Below, one piece after another: positions 1 through 8,989 of a DNA stretch of 64,000 nt (its first letter is position 1; each line of letters opens with the position of its first letter). The stretch comes from Bacillota bacterium. Lineage in GTDB: Bacteria > Armatimonadota > HRBIN16. Made by a program: the position numbers and the translations under genes. The DNA lies in assembly GCA_023511455.1 (NCBI GenBank), contig JAIMBJ010000003.1, positions 185,093 to 249,092 of the forward strand, in the 5' to 3' direction. The notes below the pieces were generated by a model that was not told where the DNA came from, did no database searches, and worked only from the letters and a program-made list of their open reading frames with translations.

Positions 1-303
1 GTTGTTGTCGCGCAGAATCCATGTGAGTGCGACGTTGAACTCCGTCACCGAACCGGGCGCGCCGCGGTCGATCCAGATGCCCTGCTTCTGCCAGTGAATC
101 AGGTCGTCCGAGAACGCCAGCCCCGTGCGGTAGCCGATGCCGTCGAAGCCCACAAAGCTCATGGCAAAGCGGCTGCCATACCGAAAGACGAACGGCACAT
201 CGACCCCGTGGCTGTCGAACTGGCCCGCGCGAAACGAAGGCTCCAGCACCAGCCTGGGATACTTATACGGCGTGCGCAGTCGGGCGAGTATTGCGTCGTT
301 CAC
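1..303 (-). CDS. Glycoside hydrolase family 130-like (DUF377 beta-propeller, mannoside phosphorylase family), N-terminal part; the gene runs off the window start
   Basis: Minus-strand translation reads ...FDSHGVDVPFVFRYGSRFAMSFVGFDGIGYRTGLAFSDDLIHWQKQGIWIDRG. This fits the GH130 N-terminal pattern (FNPA-like strand, then S.IGLA.S.DG.HW). A GTG start at 303 overlaps the upstream TGA stop as GTGA. Confidence 0.45.
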   Translation of the reverse strand, partial: MNDAILARLRTPYKYPRLVLEPSFRAGQFDSHGVDVPFVFRYGSRFAMSFVGFDGIGYRTGLAFSDDLIHWQKQGIWIDRGAPGSVTEFNVALTWILRDNN

Positions 304-1031
304 AGGTAAGTCACCCTCCCTCGGTATCGCTGCAGCAGTCTGGCATTATGCACATCGCCGCCGTCCAGGTTCGCGCTCAGGAAGACGGGCGGCTCGATGC
401 CGCGCTCTTGCAGCAGGGCGACCGTCTGCGCCACCAGCGCGTTCAGCATCGCCGCGCCGATAACCGTGGAAGTGGGAGACACCTTCTGCCTCATTCCGGG
501 GATTTCCGCCACCGCATCGCCAATCACGCCGCAGTTGTCCAGCACGATGTCCGCCACCTCAAACAGCCGTTTCGTGCCCGCGCGTGGCGTCACCGACTTC
601 GAATAGGTCAGCGATGTCAGGGCAATCACCGTCGCCCCTTTGTCGCGTCCGTACTGTGCCACCTCCACTGCCACCGCGTTGCGTCCGGACACCGAATGCA
701 CTATCAGCACGTCGCCTGCCTCAATCGGTATCTCGTTCATGAAAATCTGCGCATAACCCGAATGCCGCTCCAGATGGGAGGTCATGGTGATAGGGCGCAC
801 ATCGCAGGTCAACCCAGGCGGCAGGATAGGGGAGATGCACGCCAGACCGCCTGCGCGGTAGAACAGCTCCTGCGCCAGAATGCCCGCGTGTGTCGCGCCG
901 AAGACGTAGATGAGACGGTCATTGGCAATGGCATCCGCCATCGCCTGTGCGGCACGCTGCAGGTTTCCCATCTGCGTGCGCTCCACTTCGTCCAGCTGCT
1001 GTCGTACGGCGTCAAAATAGGCTTTAATCAT
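300..1031 (-). CDS. SIS (sugar isomerase) domain protein, UPF0309 family
   Basis: 243 aa. An SIS-type phosphosugar-binding fold is indicated by VFGATHAG...VLIVHSVSGRNAVAVE. It is about 40% identical to the adjacent paralog. Confidence 0.7.
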   Translation of the reverse strand: MIKAYFDAVRQQLDEVERTQMGNLQRAAQAMADAIANDRLIYVFGATHAGILAQELFYRAGGLACISPILPPGLTCDVRPITMTSHLERHSGYAQIFMNEIPIEAGDVLIVHSVSGRNAVAVEVAQYGRDKGATVIALTSLTYSKSVTPRAGTKRLFEVADIVLDNCGVIGDAVAEIPGMRQKVSPTSTVIGAAMLNALVAQTVALLQERGIEPPVFLSANLDGGDVHNARLLQRYRGRVTYL

Positions 1032-1034
1032 CGC

Positions 1035-1784
1035 TCAGTACCCCTTGCGGATGTAGTCGTCCAACGTCTGTTTGTAGATTTCAGGTCCGTCGGGCAGGTT
1101 GATGCTCTTGAACACGGTGGGCTGTAGACCGCGCTTCAGCATCTCTTCCACGATGCCCGCCACCATCGCCCACATCACCATCGCCGCGCCGATGCCCGAA
1201 GCGGGGCAGATTTTGCGGTCCAGCCCCTCCACCTCCAGCATGGCGTCGCCGTAGTCCGCGCCGTTGTCGATCACCAGGTCTACCACCTCGAACAGCCGCT
1301 TGCCCGACGGATGCACCGACTGCAGCTGCGAGGAGTAGCGCAGCGACGTGATGCCGATGGTGGTTAATCCGTGGTCCTTCGCCTGTATCGCCAGCTCCAC
1401 GGGTATTGTCTGCTTGCCCGACACCGTGCCGATAATCAGCACGTCGCCCGCCTTCGCGTGGCTGCGCTTCAGCGCGGCGGAAACAATCAGCGCGTCGGTT
1501 TCAAAGCCGCCTTTGCCCGTCTCGCCCTGCGCCTGACGAAACTGGTTCGGGTTCTCTACGGACAGGCTGAAGTTCAGCGGGGACATCGCCGCCAGTCCGC
1601 CCACGCGGTTGATGAGCTCGCGCGAGACCAGATGCCCGGTGTCGTAGATGTGAATCACGCCCTGCCGGGATAGACAGTCGGCACACAGTTTCGCCGCGCG
1701 ACGGATTGCCTCTCCTTGCGAACGGGCGATGTCCGCAATCAGCTGCTGGTATGCCTCAAATGCTCGGTGAACCAGGTCGTTCAT
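1035..1784 (-). CDS. SIS domain protein, UPF0309 family (tandem paralog)
   Basis: 249 aa, with the same architecture (IYDTGHLVS...LIIGTVSGKQTIPVE). There is a 4-bp ATGA overlap with the upstream dehydrogenase gene. Confidence 0.7.
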   Translation of the reverse strand: MNDLVHRAFEAYQQLIADIARSQGEAIRRAAKLCADCLSRQGVIHIYDTGHLVSRELINRVGGLAAMSPLNFSLSVENPNQFRQAQGETGKGGFETDALIVSAALKRSHAKAGDVLIIGTVSGKQTIPVELAIQAKDHGLTTIGITSLRYSSQLQSVHPSGKRLFEVVDLVIDNGADYGDAMLEVEGLDRKICPASGIGAAMVMWAMVAGIVEEMLKRGLQPTVFKSINLPDGPEIYKQTLDDYIRKGY

Positions 1785-2674
1785 GGTGTTTCCTCCTTGA
1801 TTTCGATTCCCGCCAGACTCTCCAGCACCTTCACCACCGCCGAGTAGTCTTCGTCCGCGTAGCCCTGTTGCATGGCGGCGACAAACAGCTCGCGGGTAAG
1901 GGCGTTCATGGGCAGCGGGGTGTTGGTCTCCCGCGCCGCCTCTTCCGCCAGCGTCAGGTCTTTCAGCAGATGGCGCACGAAGAAGTTGGCGCGGAAGTTG
2001 CGCTCTAGCAAAGCTTTGCCTTTGGTGGAATACATCGGCGCGCCGAGATTGGATTTGGACAGGATGTCAATCAGCATCGCAGGAGACACGCCTCCCTTTG
2101 CCGCGAATAGCAACGACTGCCCCAGCCCTACCATCATGTGCGCAATCAGCATGTTGCACGCCAGCTTGGTGGTGGTAGCTTGCTCGGCGGTCGGGAAGTG
2201 CCAGATTTTGTCCGAGAAGGCACGCCATGCTGGTTCACAGCGTGCGACGTTCTCCTGTGCGCCACCTCCAAACACCAGAAGGGTGCCTTCCAGTATCTGC
2301 TTCCTGCCGCCGAGCACCGGCGCCTGCACGAACCGCCTGCCCGCCTGGCGATAGGTCTGTGCCATGTGGCGCGTCCATGCGACCGACACCGTGCTCATAT
2401 CGCAATGCACGCTATCTGACGGCAGCGCACTCAGCACCCCGCACTCCCCGAAGGTAATCTGCTCTACCGCGGCGGGGTCGGTGACAATGGAAATCACCAC
2501 CTCGCTGTGCGCAGCCGCGGTGGCTGGGGTATCCGCCCATTGCGCTCCCTGCGCCAGCAACGGTTCCGCCTTCTCGCGGGTGCGGTTGTATACGAACACC
2601 TCATGTCCGGTGGCGAGTAGCCGCTCGGCAATCGCCCCACCCATGATGCCCAGTCCAATCACTCCAACTCGCAT
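1781..2674 (-). CDS. NAD(P)-dependent oxidoreductase, 3-hydroxyisobutyrate/6-phosphogluconate dehydrogenase family
   Basis: N-terminal Rossmann motif MRVGVIGLGIMGGAIA. Length 297 aa. A GAGGAGG RBS precedes the ATG. Confidence 0.75.
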   Translation of the reverse strand: MRVGVIGLGIMGGAIAERLLATGHEVFVYNRTREKAEPLLAQGAQWADTPATAAAHSEVVISIVTDPAAVEQITFGECGVLSALPSDSVHCDMSTVSVAWTRHMAQTYRQAGRRFVQAPVLGGRKQILEGTLLVFGGGAQENVARCEPAWRAFSDKIWHFPTAEQATTTKLACNMLIAHMMVGLGQSLLFAAKGGVSPAMLIDILSKSNLGAPMYSTKGKALLERNFRANFFVRHLLKDLTLAEEAARETNTPLPMNALTRELFVAAMQQGYADEDYSAVVKVLESLAGIEIKEETP

Positions 2675-2684
2675 GGAATCCTCC

Positions 2685-4487
2685 TCACTGCGCAGGTCTT
2701 TTGATTTGCAATGGCGTGACGCCTTTCGCCTCTGGGGCGGTGATGGTCATCAGGCATTCGCTCGCAGGTACGCTGGCATCCCATGCCACAGTGAACCGGG
2801 CTGCGCCGGTCGCGTCGGTGGTCGCGCTGTCCTGCTCAGGCACCGCACCTTTTGCCTGCAGTCGCACCAAAACCCCTGCACACGGGTTGCCTGCCTGGTC
2901 GGTCACACGCACGACCAGGTCAAACCGCTCCAATCCAGCAGGCACCTGAGCCGGTTGCACCAGCACGATGCGCGCCGGGTCGCCAGGCAGCACTGTGACC
3001 TCCGCCTGCAACAGGCGGTCGTCGGGCAACAGCACGCTGACCGTGCCTTTACCTGCCTTGAACGCGGTGAACCGCCCGTTCTGGTCGACGAAGCCGATGC
3101 CCCCTGTGGTGCCGTAAAGCAGATGATAGGGGTTGAACCGCGCCGCCTGTGCCTGCGGGCGCACGGTAAACTGCACGCTCTCTCCAGAACGCAGGGTGGC
3201 AGAAGTCGGTTCCAGCTGCATCTCCACCTCCGCTGCGGTCGGGCGGGGTGCGTAGACCACCACCGCATTCGCCACAGGACGCTGTTTGCCTTCGGAAGGG
3301 CTGTTCAGCACCAGTCCACCGCGCACCGCCAGCGTTGTGGAACCGCCGCCGTCCAGATTGATAGCATCCGTTGCGCCCAGCTGCTTCATCAGCTGTGCCA
3401 GCTCATACAGGGTCATGCCACCCGACATCGGCTGCCGTCCGTCTACGGTTACCAGCAACAGTTTGCCCTGCGCGGTGACGCCCACTGCCGTGCGCGGGTG
3501 GCGCCTGTCCGAAAAACCGGTCTGAAAGCCCTGCTGCGGCGCGTCGATGAGTATCTCCCCATTGCGCACCAGCCACGGACCGCCGCCCACCGCCATCGTT
3601 GCCTGCGCCCAGTAGTCCACACCATTTTGCCGTTCAAAGCCGCCGCGCGACGCCAGGCGAGTAGTCTGTCTTGCTTTCTGCGGCACCAGCGCGACGATGT
3701 TGTCGGTCGCCGCAATGCCAAAGTGGAATGTGAGCATGGTTCCGTCCGGCAATCCCTTGACGCGCTCTGCCACACTGCCCGTCGCCACCAGCAACGCTCC
3801 ATCGGGGGGTACCGGCACTGGCGACGTTGCCTGCACCATCTCGCCGAGCCGGGCGCGGATCTGTTTGCCCAGTACGGGCACGCCGTCCACTTCGCGCAGG
3901 ACCCGAACAACCGCGCCGTTGGGCACGGGGTAGGCATCGCCCCAGCGCGGCATTACCAGCAGGCACTCATTCGCCTGAATGGCGCGATTCAGCCCGTTCA
4001 AGGGTATCGGCTCACCGTTTTCTGGGGTCATCTGCCCGTTCCAGCGCGGCGCACCAAATAGCACCACGCCGTCCCCCGTCAAGCCGAAGACCGAACGGTC
4101 AGAGCCGGGTTCGCTGACCAGCTCGCCCCCCTGAATGTGCAGGTTCAGCGGGTCGCCTGTCCAGGGGAAGAAATCGGCGTTCACCCCTGCCAGCGCGCCC
4201 AGCCGTTGCACGGTCTCGCTGACAATCTCCCGTCCCTGATAGGGTTCAGGGCGATACACCTTCCCCGTGCCCACCTCGGCTTCCACGCGCACGGCTGGGT
4301 TGCGCAGGTCTACTTCCAACACGTTCACGATTTGCGGGCTGTTATAAAAAGGCTGCACATACTGCTTCAGCACCACGCCCCTGCCGAGCAGCTTGACCGC
4401 CGTCTGCGCCTGCAGCGGCGACAGGATGAGCAGAAACAGGTACAGTGCAAGCCATCGAGCAGTCAAACGTGTAACCACTTGGTTCAA
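2685..4487 (-). CDS. Secreted phosphodiester glycosidase (NAGPA/DUF2233) family protein
   Basis: The NAGPA-like core is indicated by GGGPWLVRNGEILID, DFFPWTG and a GGGSTTLAV motif. The signal peptide is LTARWLALYLFLLILSPLQAQ. The start is assigned to TTG at 4487 with a GGGAGGA RBS 6 nt upstream. The tracker ORF extends to 4715 but that would put 76 aa ahead of the signal peptide. Confidence 0.6.
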   Translation of the reverse strand: MNQVVTRLTARWLALYLFLLILSPLQAQTAVKLLGRGVVLKQYVQPFYNSPQIVNVLEVDLRNPAVRVEAEVGTGKVYRPEPYQGREIVSETVQRLGALAGVNADFFPWTGDPLNLHIQGGELVSEPGSDRSVFGLTGDGVVLFGAPRWNGQMTPENGEPIPLNGLNRAIQANECLLVMPRWGDAYPVPNGAVVRVLREVDGVPVLGKQIRARLGEMVQATSPVPVPPDGALLVATGSVAERVKGLPDGTMLTFHFGIAATDNIVALVPQKARQTTRLASRGGFERQNGVDYWAQATMAVGGGPWLVRNGEILIDAPQQGFQTGFSDRRHPRTAVGVTAQGKLLLVTVDGRQPMSGGMTLYELAQLMKQLGATDAINLDGGGSTTLAVRGGLVLNSPSEGKQRPVANAVVVYAPRPTAAEVEMQLEPTSATLRSGESVQFTVRPQAQAARFNPYHLLYGTTGGIGFVDQNGRFTAFKAGKGTVSVLLPDDRLLQAEVTVLPGDPARIVLVQPAQVPAGLERFDLVVRVTDQAGNPCAGVLVRLQAKGAVPEQDSATTDATGAARFTVAWDASVPASECLMTITAPEAKGVTPLQIKRPAQ

Positions 4488-4675
4488 CTTCGTCCTCCCG
4501 CAACCACTGGGAACTGTGCAGATTCGTTCGGTACAGAGGCTGGTAAAACCTGCTAGGGGAGATGGATGCGCTCCCTGCACTGCACGTGGAGGCGTGCACG
4601 AGGGTTTGCCTCCAGAGGTTTTCCAAGCCCCTGTGGTTGCCCCATTTCCGTGGTACGTGCAAACGGCGTGGTAGA

Positions 4676-4694
4676 GGCAACCACAAGTGTTGCC
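4676..4694. repeat. Palindromic hairpin motif GGCAACCACAAG(T/G)GTTGCC, copy 1 (copy 2 at 30965..30983)
   Basis: The two sites match at 18 of 19 positions. Copy 1 lies in the 240-bp spacer between the glgP stop and the glycosidase start and is embedded in further stem-forming sequence (cctgtggttgcccc upstream is complementary). Confidence 0.45.
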
Positions 4695-4727
4695 CCGATT
4701 TGACAGCGCAGACACGGGGGTCAGCCC

Positions 4728-7193
4728 CTACGTCTTGCTGACCGGTTTGATGTACCAGATGTCGCGGGCGTATTCCTGCACAGTGCGGTCGCTGGAGAAC
4801 TTGCCGATGCGGGCGACGTTCAGGATGGCTTTGCGCGTCCACAGTTCTGGCTGCAGGTACTCCTGAGCCGCTCGTTCCTGCATCTCGATGTACGAAGGCA
4901 GGTCGGCAAGGTGGAAGTAGTAATCGCCGTGATGCACCAGGCTGTCGAATATCCAGCGGAACAGTCCGGGCTCATGCGGGCAGAACAGGTCGGTGCGGAA
5001 GGTGTCCATCACGCGCTGAATGATGGGGTTCGACTCGTAGAGCGCACGTGGGTCGTAGCTGCCTTCCCGCCGCATCTCTCGGATTTGTTCGGCGGTATGC
5101 CCGAAGATATAGATGTTCTCCTTGCCGACTTCCTCCATGATTTCGATGTTCGCGCCGTCCAGCGTGCCGATGGTCAGCGCGCCGTTCATGGCAAACTTCA
5201 TGCAACCGGTTCCCGAGGCTTCCATGCCAGCGGTGGAGATTTGCTCGCTCAGGTCGGCAGCGGGGATAATCACCTCCGCCAGTGACACGCGGTAATCCGG
5301 CAGGAACACCACCCGCAGGTAATCTCTCGCGCGGTGGTCGTGGTTTATCACCGTTGCCACATTGTTGATGAGTTTGATGATGTTCTTGGCGGCCCAGTAG
5401 CCGGGCGCGGCTTTACCCCCGAAGATGAAGGTACGCGGTACCGTGGGATACCGCTGCTCCTCAATGATTCCCAGATACAGATGAATGATGTGCAGCACGT
5501 TGAGCAACTGCCGTTTATACTCATGGATGCGCTTGACCTGCACGTCGAACAGGCTGTCCGCTGGCACAGACGCTCCTGTGGTCTCACGGATAAGGTGAGC
5601 CAGACGCAGTTTGTTCAGCTGTTTGATTTCTCGAAACTGCTGTTGAAAAGCCGCGTCATCCGCAAAGCGCTCCAGTGAGCGCAACCGCTTCAGGTCGGTG
5701 ATCCACCTGTTACCGATGGTGTTATCGATGAGCTGGCTCAATCGCGGGTTTGCCAGCTTCAGCCAGCGGCGTGGGGTGACGCCGTTGGTCTTGCTGTTGA
5801 ACTTGTGCGGGAACAGGTCGTAAAAATCGGGCACCAGCGAAGTGGTAATCAGCTGGCTGTGCAGTTTCGACACGCCGTTGACCGAGTGGCTGCCGATAAT
5901 GGCGAGATGCGCCATCCGCACCTGTTGCTGTTCGCCTTCTTCGATGATGGACACACGGCGCAACCTTTCGTTGTCGCCCGGGTAGAGCCACATGACGTGC
6001 TCGAGAAAACGGCGGTTGATTTCATAGATAATCTGCAGGTGGCGGGGAAGCAGCTTCTCGAACAGGGCAACAGGCCATTTTTCCAGCGCTTCCGGCATCA
6101 GCGTGTGGTTGGTATAGCCGAAGGTCTGTTCGGTAATCTGCCATGCATGTTCCCACGGCAGGTGGTTCTCGTCCACCAAGATGCGCATCAGCTCGGCGAT
6201 GGCTAATGCGGGGTGGGTATCGTTGAGCTGTATCGCCGCCTTGTGCGGAAACTGGTCAAAGGTGTCGTGTTGCTGCGTGTAGCGGCGCACGACGTCGCGC
6301 AGGGCACAGGCTACCAGGAAGTACTCCTGCGTTAATCGCAGTTCCTTTCCCGCCGCTACCGAGTCGGAGGGGTAGAGCACTTTGGAGATAGTCTCGGAGG
6401 CGATTTTCTGCTCCACCGCGCTGATATAGTCGCCACTGTTAAATATCTGCATATCGAACTCATGGTACGAGCGTGCCGAGAAAAGGCGCAGTACATTGAC
6501 TGTCTTTCCGCCATATCCCACGATGGGCATATCGTAAGGCACGCCCACAATCAGCTTCCAGTCCACCCAAAGGGGCTGGTAGTGACCGTTCCTGTCTACA
6601 GTGTGCTCGATGCGCCCATAGATGGGGATAAAGAAACGCTCCTCGAAACGCTCGATCAGCCACGGTGACATGCCTCGAAGCCATTTATCAGGCTTCTCAT
6701 GCTGATAACCGTGATGGATTTCCTGCTTGAAGATGCCGTACTCATAGTTGATGCCGTAGCCGTAGCCCGGCATTCCCAGCGTCGCCAGCGAGTCGAGGAA
6801 GCAGGCAGCGAGCCTGCCCAGCCCACCGTTGCCCAGGGCGGCGTCGCTCTCGGTCTCCTCGATCTCGTCGAGGTCAATTCCCTGCTGTAGGAGCGCGTCG
6901 CGGAAGAGGTCATACAACCCCAGATTGATCAGGTTGTTGGTGAGCGAACGCCCAATAAGATACTCCAGCGACAGGTAATAGAGCCGTTTGACATCCTTCT
7001 GCTGGTACCGCCTCTCGGTTTCAATCATTCGGTCGATGATACAGTTGCGCAATGCCAGCGCCACGGCGGTGAACGTTTCATGTTTGGAAAGCCCCTCGCC
7101 AGTTTTGCCCAGCGAGTAGCGCACATGCCAGCATAGCGACTGCAAAACATCCGAGGTGCTCTTGAAAGTCTGCACCAGTTCATCACACGTCAT
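4728..7193 (-). CDS. glgP: Glycogen/alpha-glucan phosphorylase
   Basis: 821 aa. The pyridoxal-phosphate site EASGTGCMKFAMNGALTIGTLDGANIEI is present, with GT35 family similarity throughout. Confidence 0.9.
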   Translation of the reverse strand: MTCDELVQTFKSTSDVLQSLCWHVRYSLGKTGEGLSKHETFTAVALALRNCIIDRMIETERRYQQKDVKRLYYLSLEYLIGRSLTNNLINLGLYDLFRDALLQQGIDLDEIEETESDAALGNGGLGRLAACFLDSLATLGMPGYGYGINYEYGIFKQEIHHGYQHEKPDKWLRGMSPWLIERFEERFFIPIYGRIEHTVDRNGHYQPLWVDWKLIVGVPYDMPIVGYGGKTVNVLRLFSARSYHEFDMQIFNSGDYISAVEQKIASETISKVLYPSDSVAAGKELRLTQEYFLVACALRDVVRRYTQQHDTFDQFPHKAAIQLNDTHPALAIAELMRILVDENHLPWEHAWQITEQTFGYTNHTLMPEALEKWPVALFEKLLPRHLQIIYEINRRFLEHVMWLYPGDNERLRRVSIIEEGEQQQVRMAHLAIIGSHSVNGVSKLHSQLITTSLVPDFYDLFPHKFNSKTNGVTPRRWLKLANPRLSQLIDNTIGNRWITDLKRLRSLERFADDAAFQQQFREIKQLNKLRLAHLIRETTGASVPADSLFDVQVKRIHEYKRQLLNVLHIIHLYLGIIEEQRYPTVPRTFIFGGKAAPGYWAAKNIIKLINNVATVINHDHRARDYLRVVFLPDYRVSLAEVIIPAADLSEQISTAGMEASGTGCMKFAMNGALTIGTLDGANIEIMEEVGKENIYIFGHTAEQIREMRREGSYDPRALYESNPIIQRVMDTFRTDLFCPHEPGLFRWIFDSLVHHGDYYFHLADLPSYIEMQERAAQEYLQPELWTRKAILNVARIGKFSSDRTVQEYARDIWYIKPVSKT

Positions 7194-7205
7194 CTTACAT
7201 TCCTC

Positions 7206-7967
7206 TCATGAAGTCTTGTGAAGCAGGCTGAAAATCGCCCGCATCGTTTTCGGTGGTGCGGTCAGAATCGGTTCGCGCAGGGCAGCCCCACTCAGCAAGT
7301 GCTGCAGGTGCCACTCTGCCCCAGACAGGTAGCGTGTCTCGCAGCCAGCCTCATGGCAAAGAAGCAGTCCCGCTGCGAGGTCGTACAGCTTACCCAGCGA
7401 GATGGCTCCTCGCACTCGTCCGGCGGCAGTCCACGCCAGCTTCACCACCGCACTGCCGAAACAGCGGGGTCTGCCTGGCATGATGCTGAGCAGGTGTGCG
7501 CTGACTGCATCGCTGGCGTAACAGATGACGTCTTCGGAGGTGAACTCCTCGCTGTCTACCGCCGTGATGCGTTTCCCGTTGAGATAGGCGCCGCCTCCTG
7601 CCTCTGCCCAGTAAAGCTCATCCAGAACGGGCAGAAAGATGACGCCGAGTCGGCAGGTCTCTTCCTCCACCAGCGCCACCGATACGCCCCACAGCGGAAT
7701 GCCGAACACAAAGTTGCTGGTACCGTCGATGGGGTCGATCGCCCACAGCAGACGGGCGTGGCGGTTGGTGAAGCCTTCCTCCTCCCCGAAAAAGCCCGCT
7801 TCAGGCAGGAGGCGGGCAAGGTGTTCACGCAGGTAGCCTTCCACTGCCCGGTCTGCACTGGTGACGAAAGAGTCGTCGCTTTTGGTTTCCAGCGTGAAGT
7901 CATCCGCCAGTCGTCGCGCCAGCTGACCTGCTTCCACCACCAGATTCTTCAGGTCATCGATTAACAT
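7206..7967 (-). CDS. Inositol monophosphatase family protein (SuhB/ImpA-like)
   Basis: WAIDPIDGTSNFVFGIPLWGVSVAL metal-binding motif. 253 aa. Confidence 0.8.
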   Translation of the reverse strand: MLIDDLKNLVVEAGQLARRLADDFTLETKSDDSFVTSADRAVEGYLREHLARLLPEAGFFGEEEGFTNRHARLLWAIDPIDGTSNFVFGIPLWGVSVALVEEETCRLGVIFLPVLDELYWAEAGGGAYLNGKRITAVDSEEFTSEDVICYASDAVSAHLLSIMPGRPRCFGSAVVKLAWTAAGRVRGAISLGKLYDLAAGLLLCHEAGCETRYLSGAEWHLQHLLSGAALREPILTAPPKTMRAIFSLLHKTS

Positions 7968-8025
7968 GATGCGTTGCTCTCGTGGTGTACCTCCTGAAAG
8001 ATTATCGGCAACGGAGCCTCTGCCG

Positions 8026-8958
8026 TTATGGTTGTGCCAGCACCTGCGACAGGGTCTCCTGCAGCGCCTGTGCGGAGCGACGTAGCCCTTGCAGCTCCTC
8101 TTCGGTCAGCTTCATCTCAATCTGCTGTATCATCCCTCGCCGCCCAACAATGGTGGGCACACTGAGGCACACGTCGCTGATGCCGTAAAGACCCGTCTGC
8201 AGGGTGGAAACGGGCAAAATCTGCCTGGTATCCAGCAGAATGGCGTGCACTACCTCGCGAATAGCCAGTCCCACGGCATAGCCCGCACCGCCTTTGAGGC
8301 GAATGACTTCCGCGCCGCTCTTTTTGGTGAATTCGAAAATCTCCTGTACCTTCGCGGGGTCATAGCCCGGCAGGCTTTGCAGCGGCACGCCATTTGCCGT
8401 CGCGCTGGACCAAACAGGCACCATGCTGTCGCCATGCTCGCCAAGAATGAGCACCTTCAGGTCGGTTGCTGCCACGCCGAAGTACTCCGCCAACAGGGAA
8501 CGGAAGCGGGCAGTGTCCAGCACCGTGCCCAGACCAATGACCTGATGCGGCGGCAGGGTAAACTCCTTCACTGCCAGATACGTCAGGATGTCTACCGGAT
8601 TAGACACTACCAGTAGCACAGTGTGTTCCGAAAGCCTGACCTGCCGCAGGTCGCTTAAGATACTGCGGAACAGCGACACGTTGCGGTTGATCAGGTCGAG
8701 GCGGCTCTCGTCGGGTTTGCGTCGCAACCCGGCGGTGATGATGACAATGTCTGACCCTTCGGCAGCGTCGGTGCCGCCTGCGGTGATGATTTGCGGGGCG
8801 GACAGCGAGGCCCCGTGACGCAGGTCTAATGCCTCTCCCTCAGCCAATTCGCGGGCGACGTCGATAACCACCAGTTCTTTCACAATCCCACCCATCTGCA
8901 GAGCGTAAAGGGTGTTGGAGCCGACTCGCCCGCCGCCTCCAATCACACTGACTTTCAT
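8026..8958 (-). CDS. mdh: L-lactate/malate dehydrogenase family protein, probably LDH-like malate dehydrogenase
   Basis: MKVSVIGGGGRVGS Rossmann motif. Substrate-loop GLRRKPDESRLDL has Arg at the LDH Gln102 position, which favours MDH. A GGGAGG RBS is present. Confidence 0.65.
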   Translation of the reverse strand: MKVSVIGGGGRVGSNTLYALQMGGIVKELVVIDVARELAEGEALDLRHGASLSAPQIITAGGTDAAEGSDIVIITAGLRRKPDESRLDLINRNVSLFRSILSDLRQVRLSEHTVLLVVSNPVDILTYLAVKEFTLPPHQVIGLGTVLDTARFRSLLAEYFGVAATDLKVLILGEHGDSMVPVWSSATANGVPLQSLPGYDPAKVQEIFEFTKKSGAEVIRLKGGAGYAVGLAIREVVHAILLDTRQILPVSTLQTGLYGISDVCLSVPTIVGRRGMIQQIEMKLTEEELQGLRRSAQALQETLSQVLAQP

Positions 8959-8989
8959 GGTAAACCTCCCTCTCCTCGTCGAGTTGTCA

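Noticed and set aside
291-4061. Long antisense or alternative-frame ORFs in the tracker (for example 291..1127 +, 2364..4061 +, 8912..10477 +, 13451..14440 -, 14930..15892 -, 36263..37252 -, 37153..38187 -, 42118..43320 +, 53280..54884 +, 54889..56010 -, 61829..62773 -)
   Set aside because: They lie opposite or out of frame to genes with clear family signatures. Their translations are Arg/Ala/Pro/His-rich low-complexity sequence typical of shadow ORFs in high-GC DNA, and they lack RBSs.
2685-4715. Full 676-aa version of the phosphodiester glycosidase ORF
   Set aside because: It would place 76 residues ahead of an obvious signal peptide. TTG at 4487 has a GGGAGGA RBS at ideal spacing.
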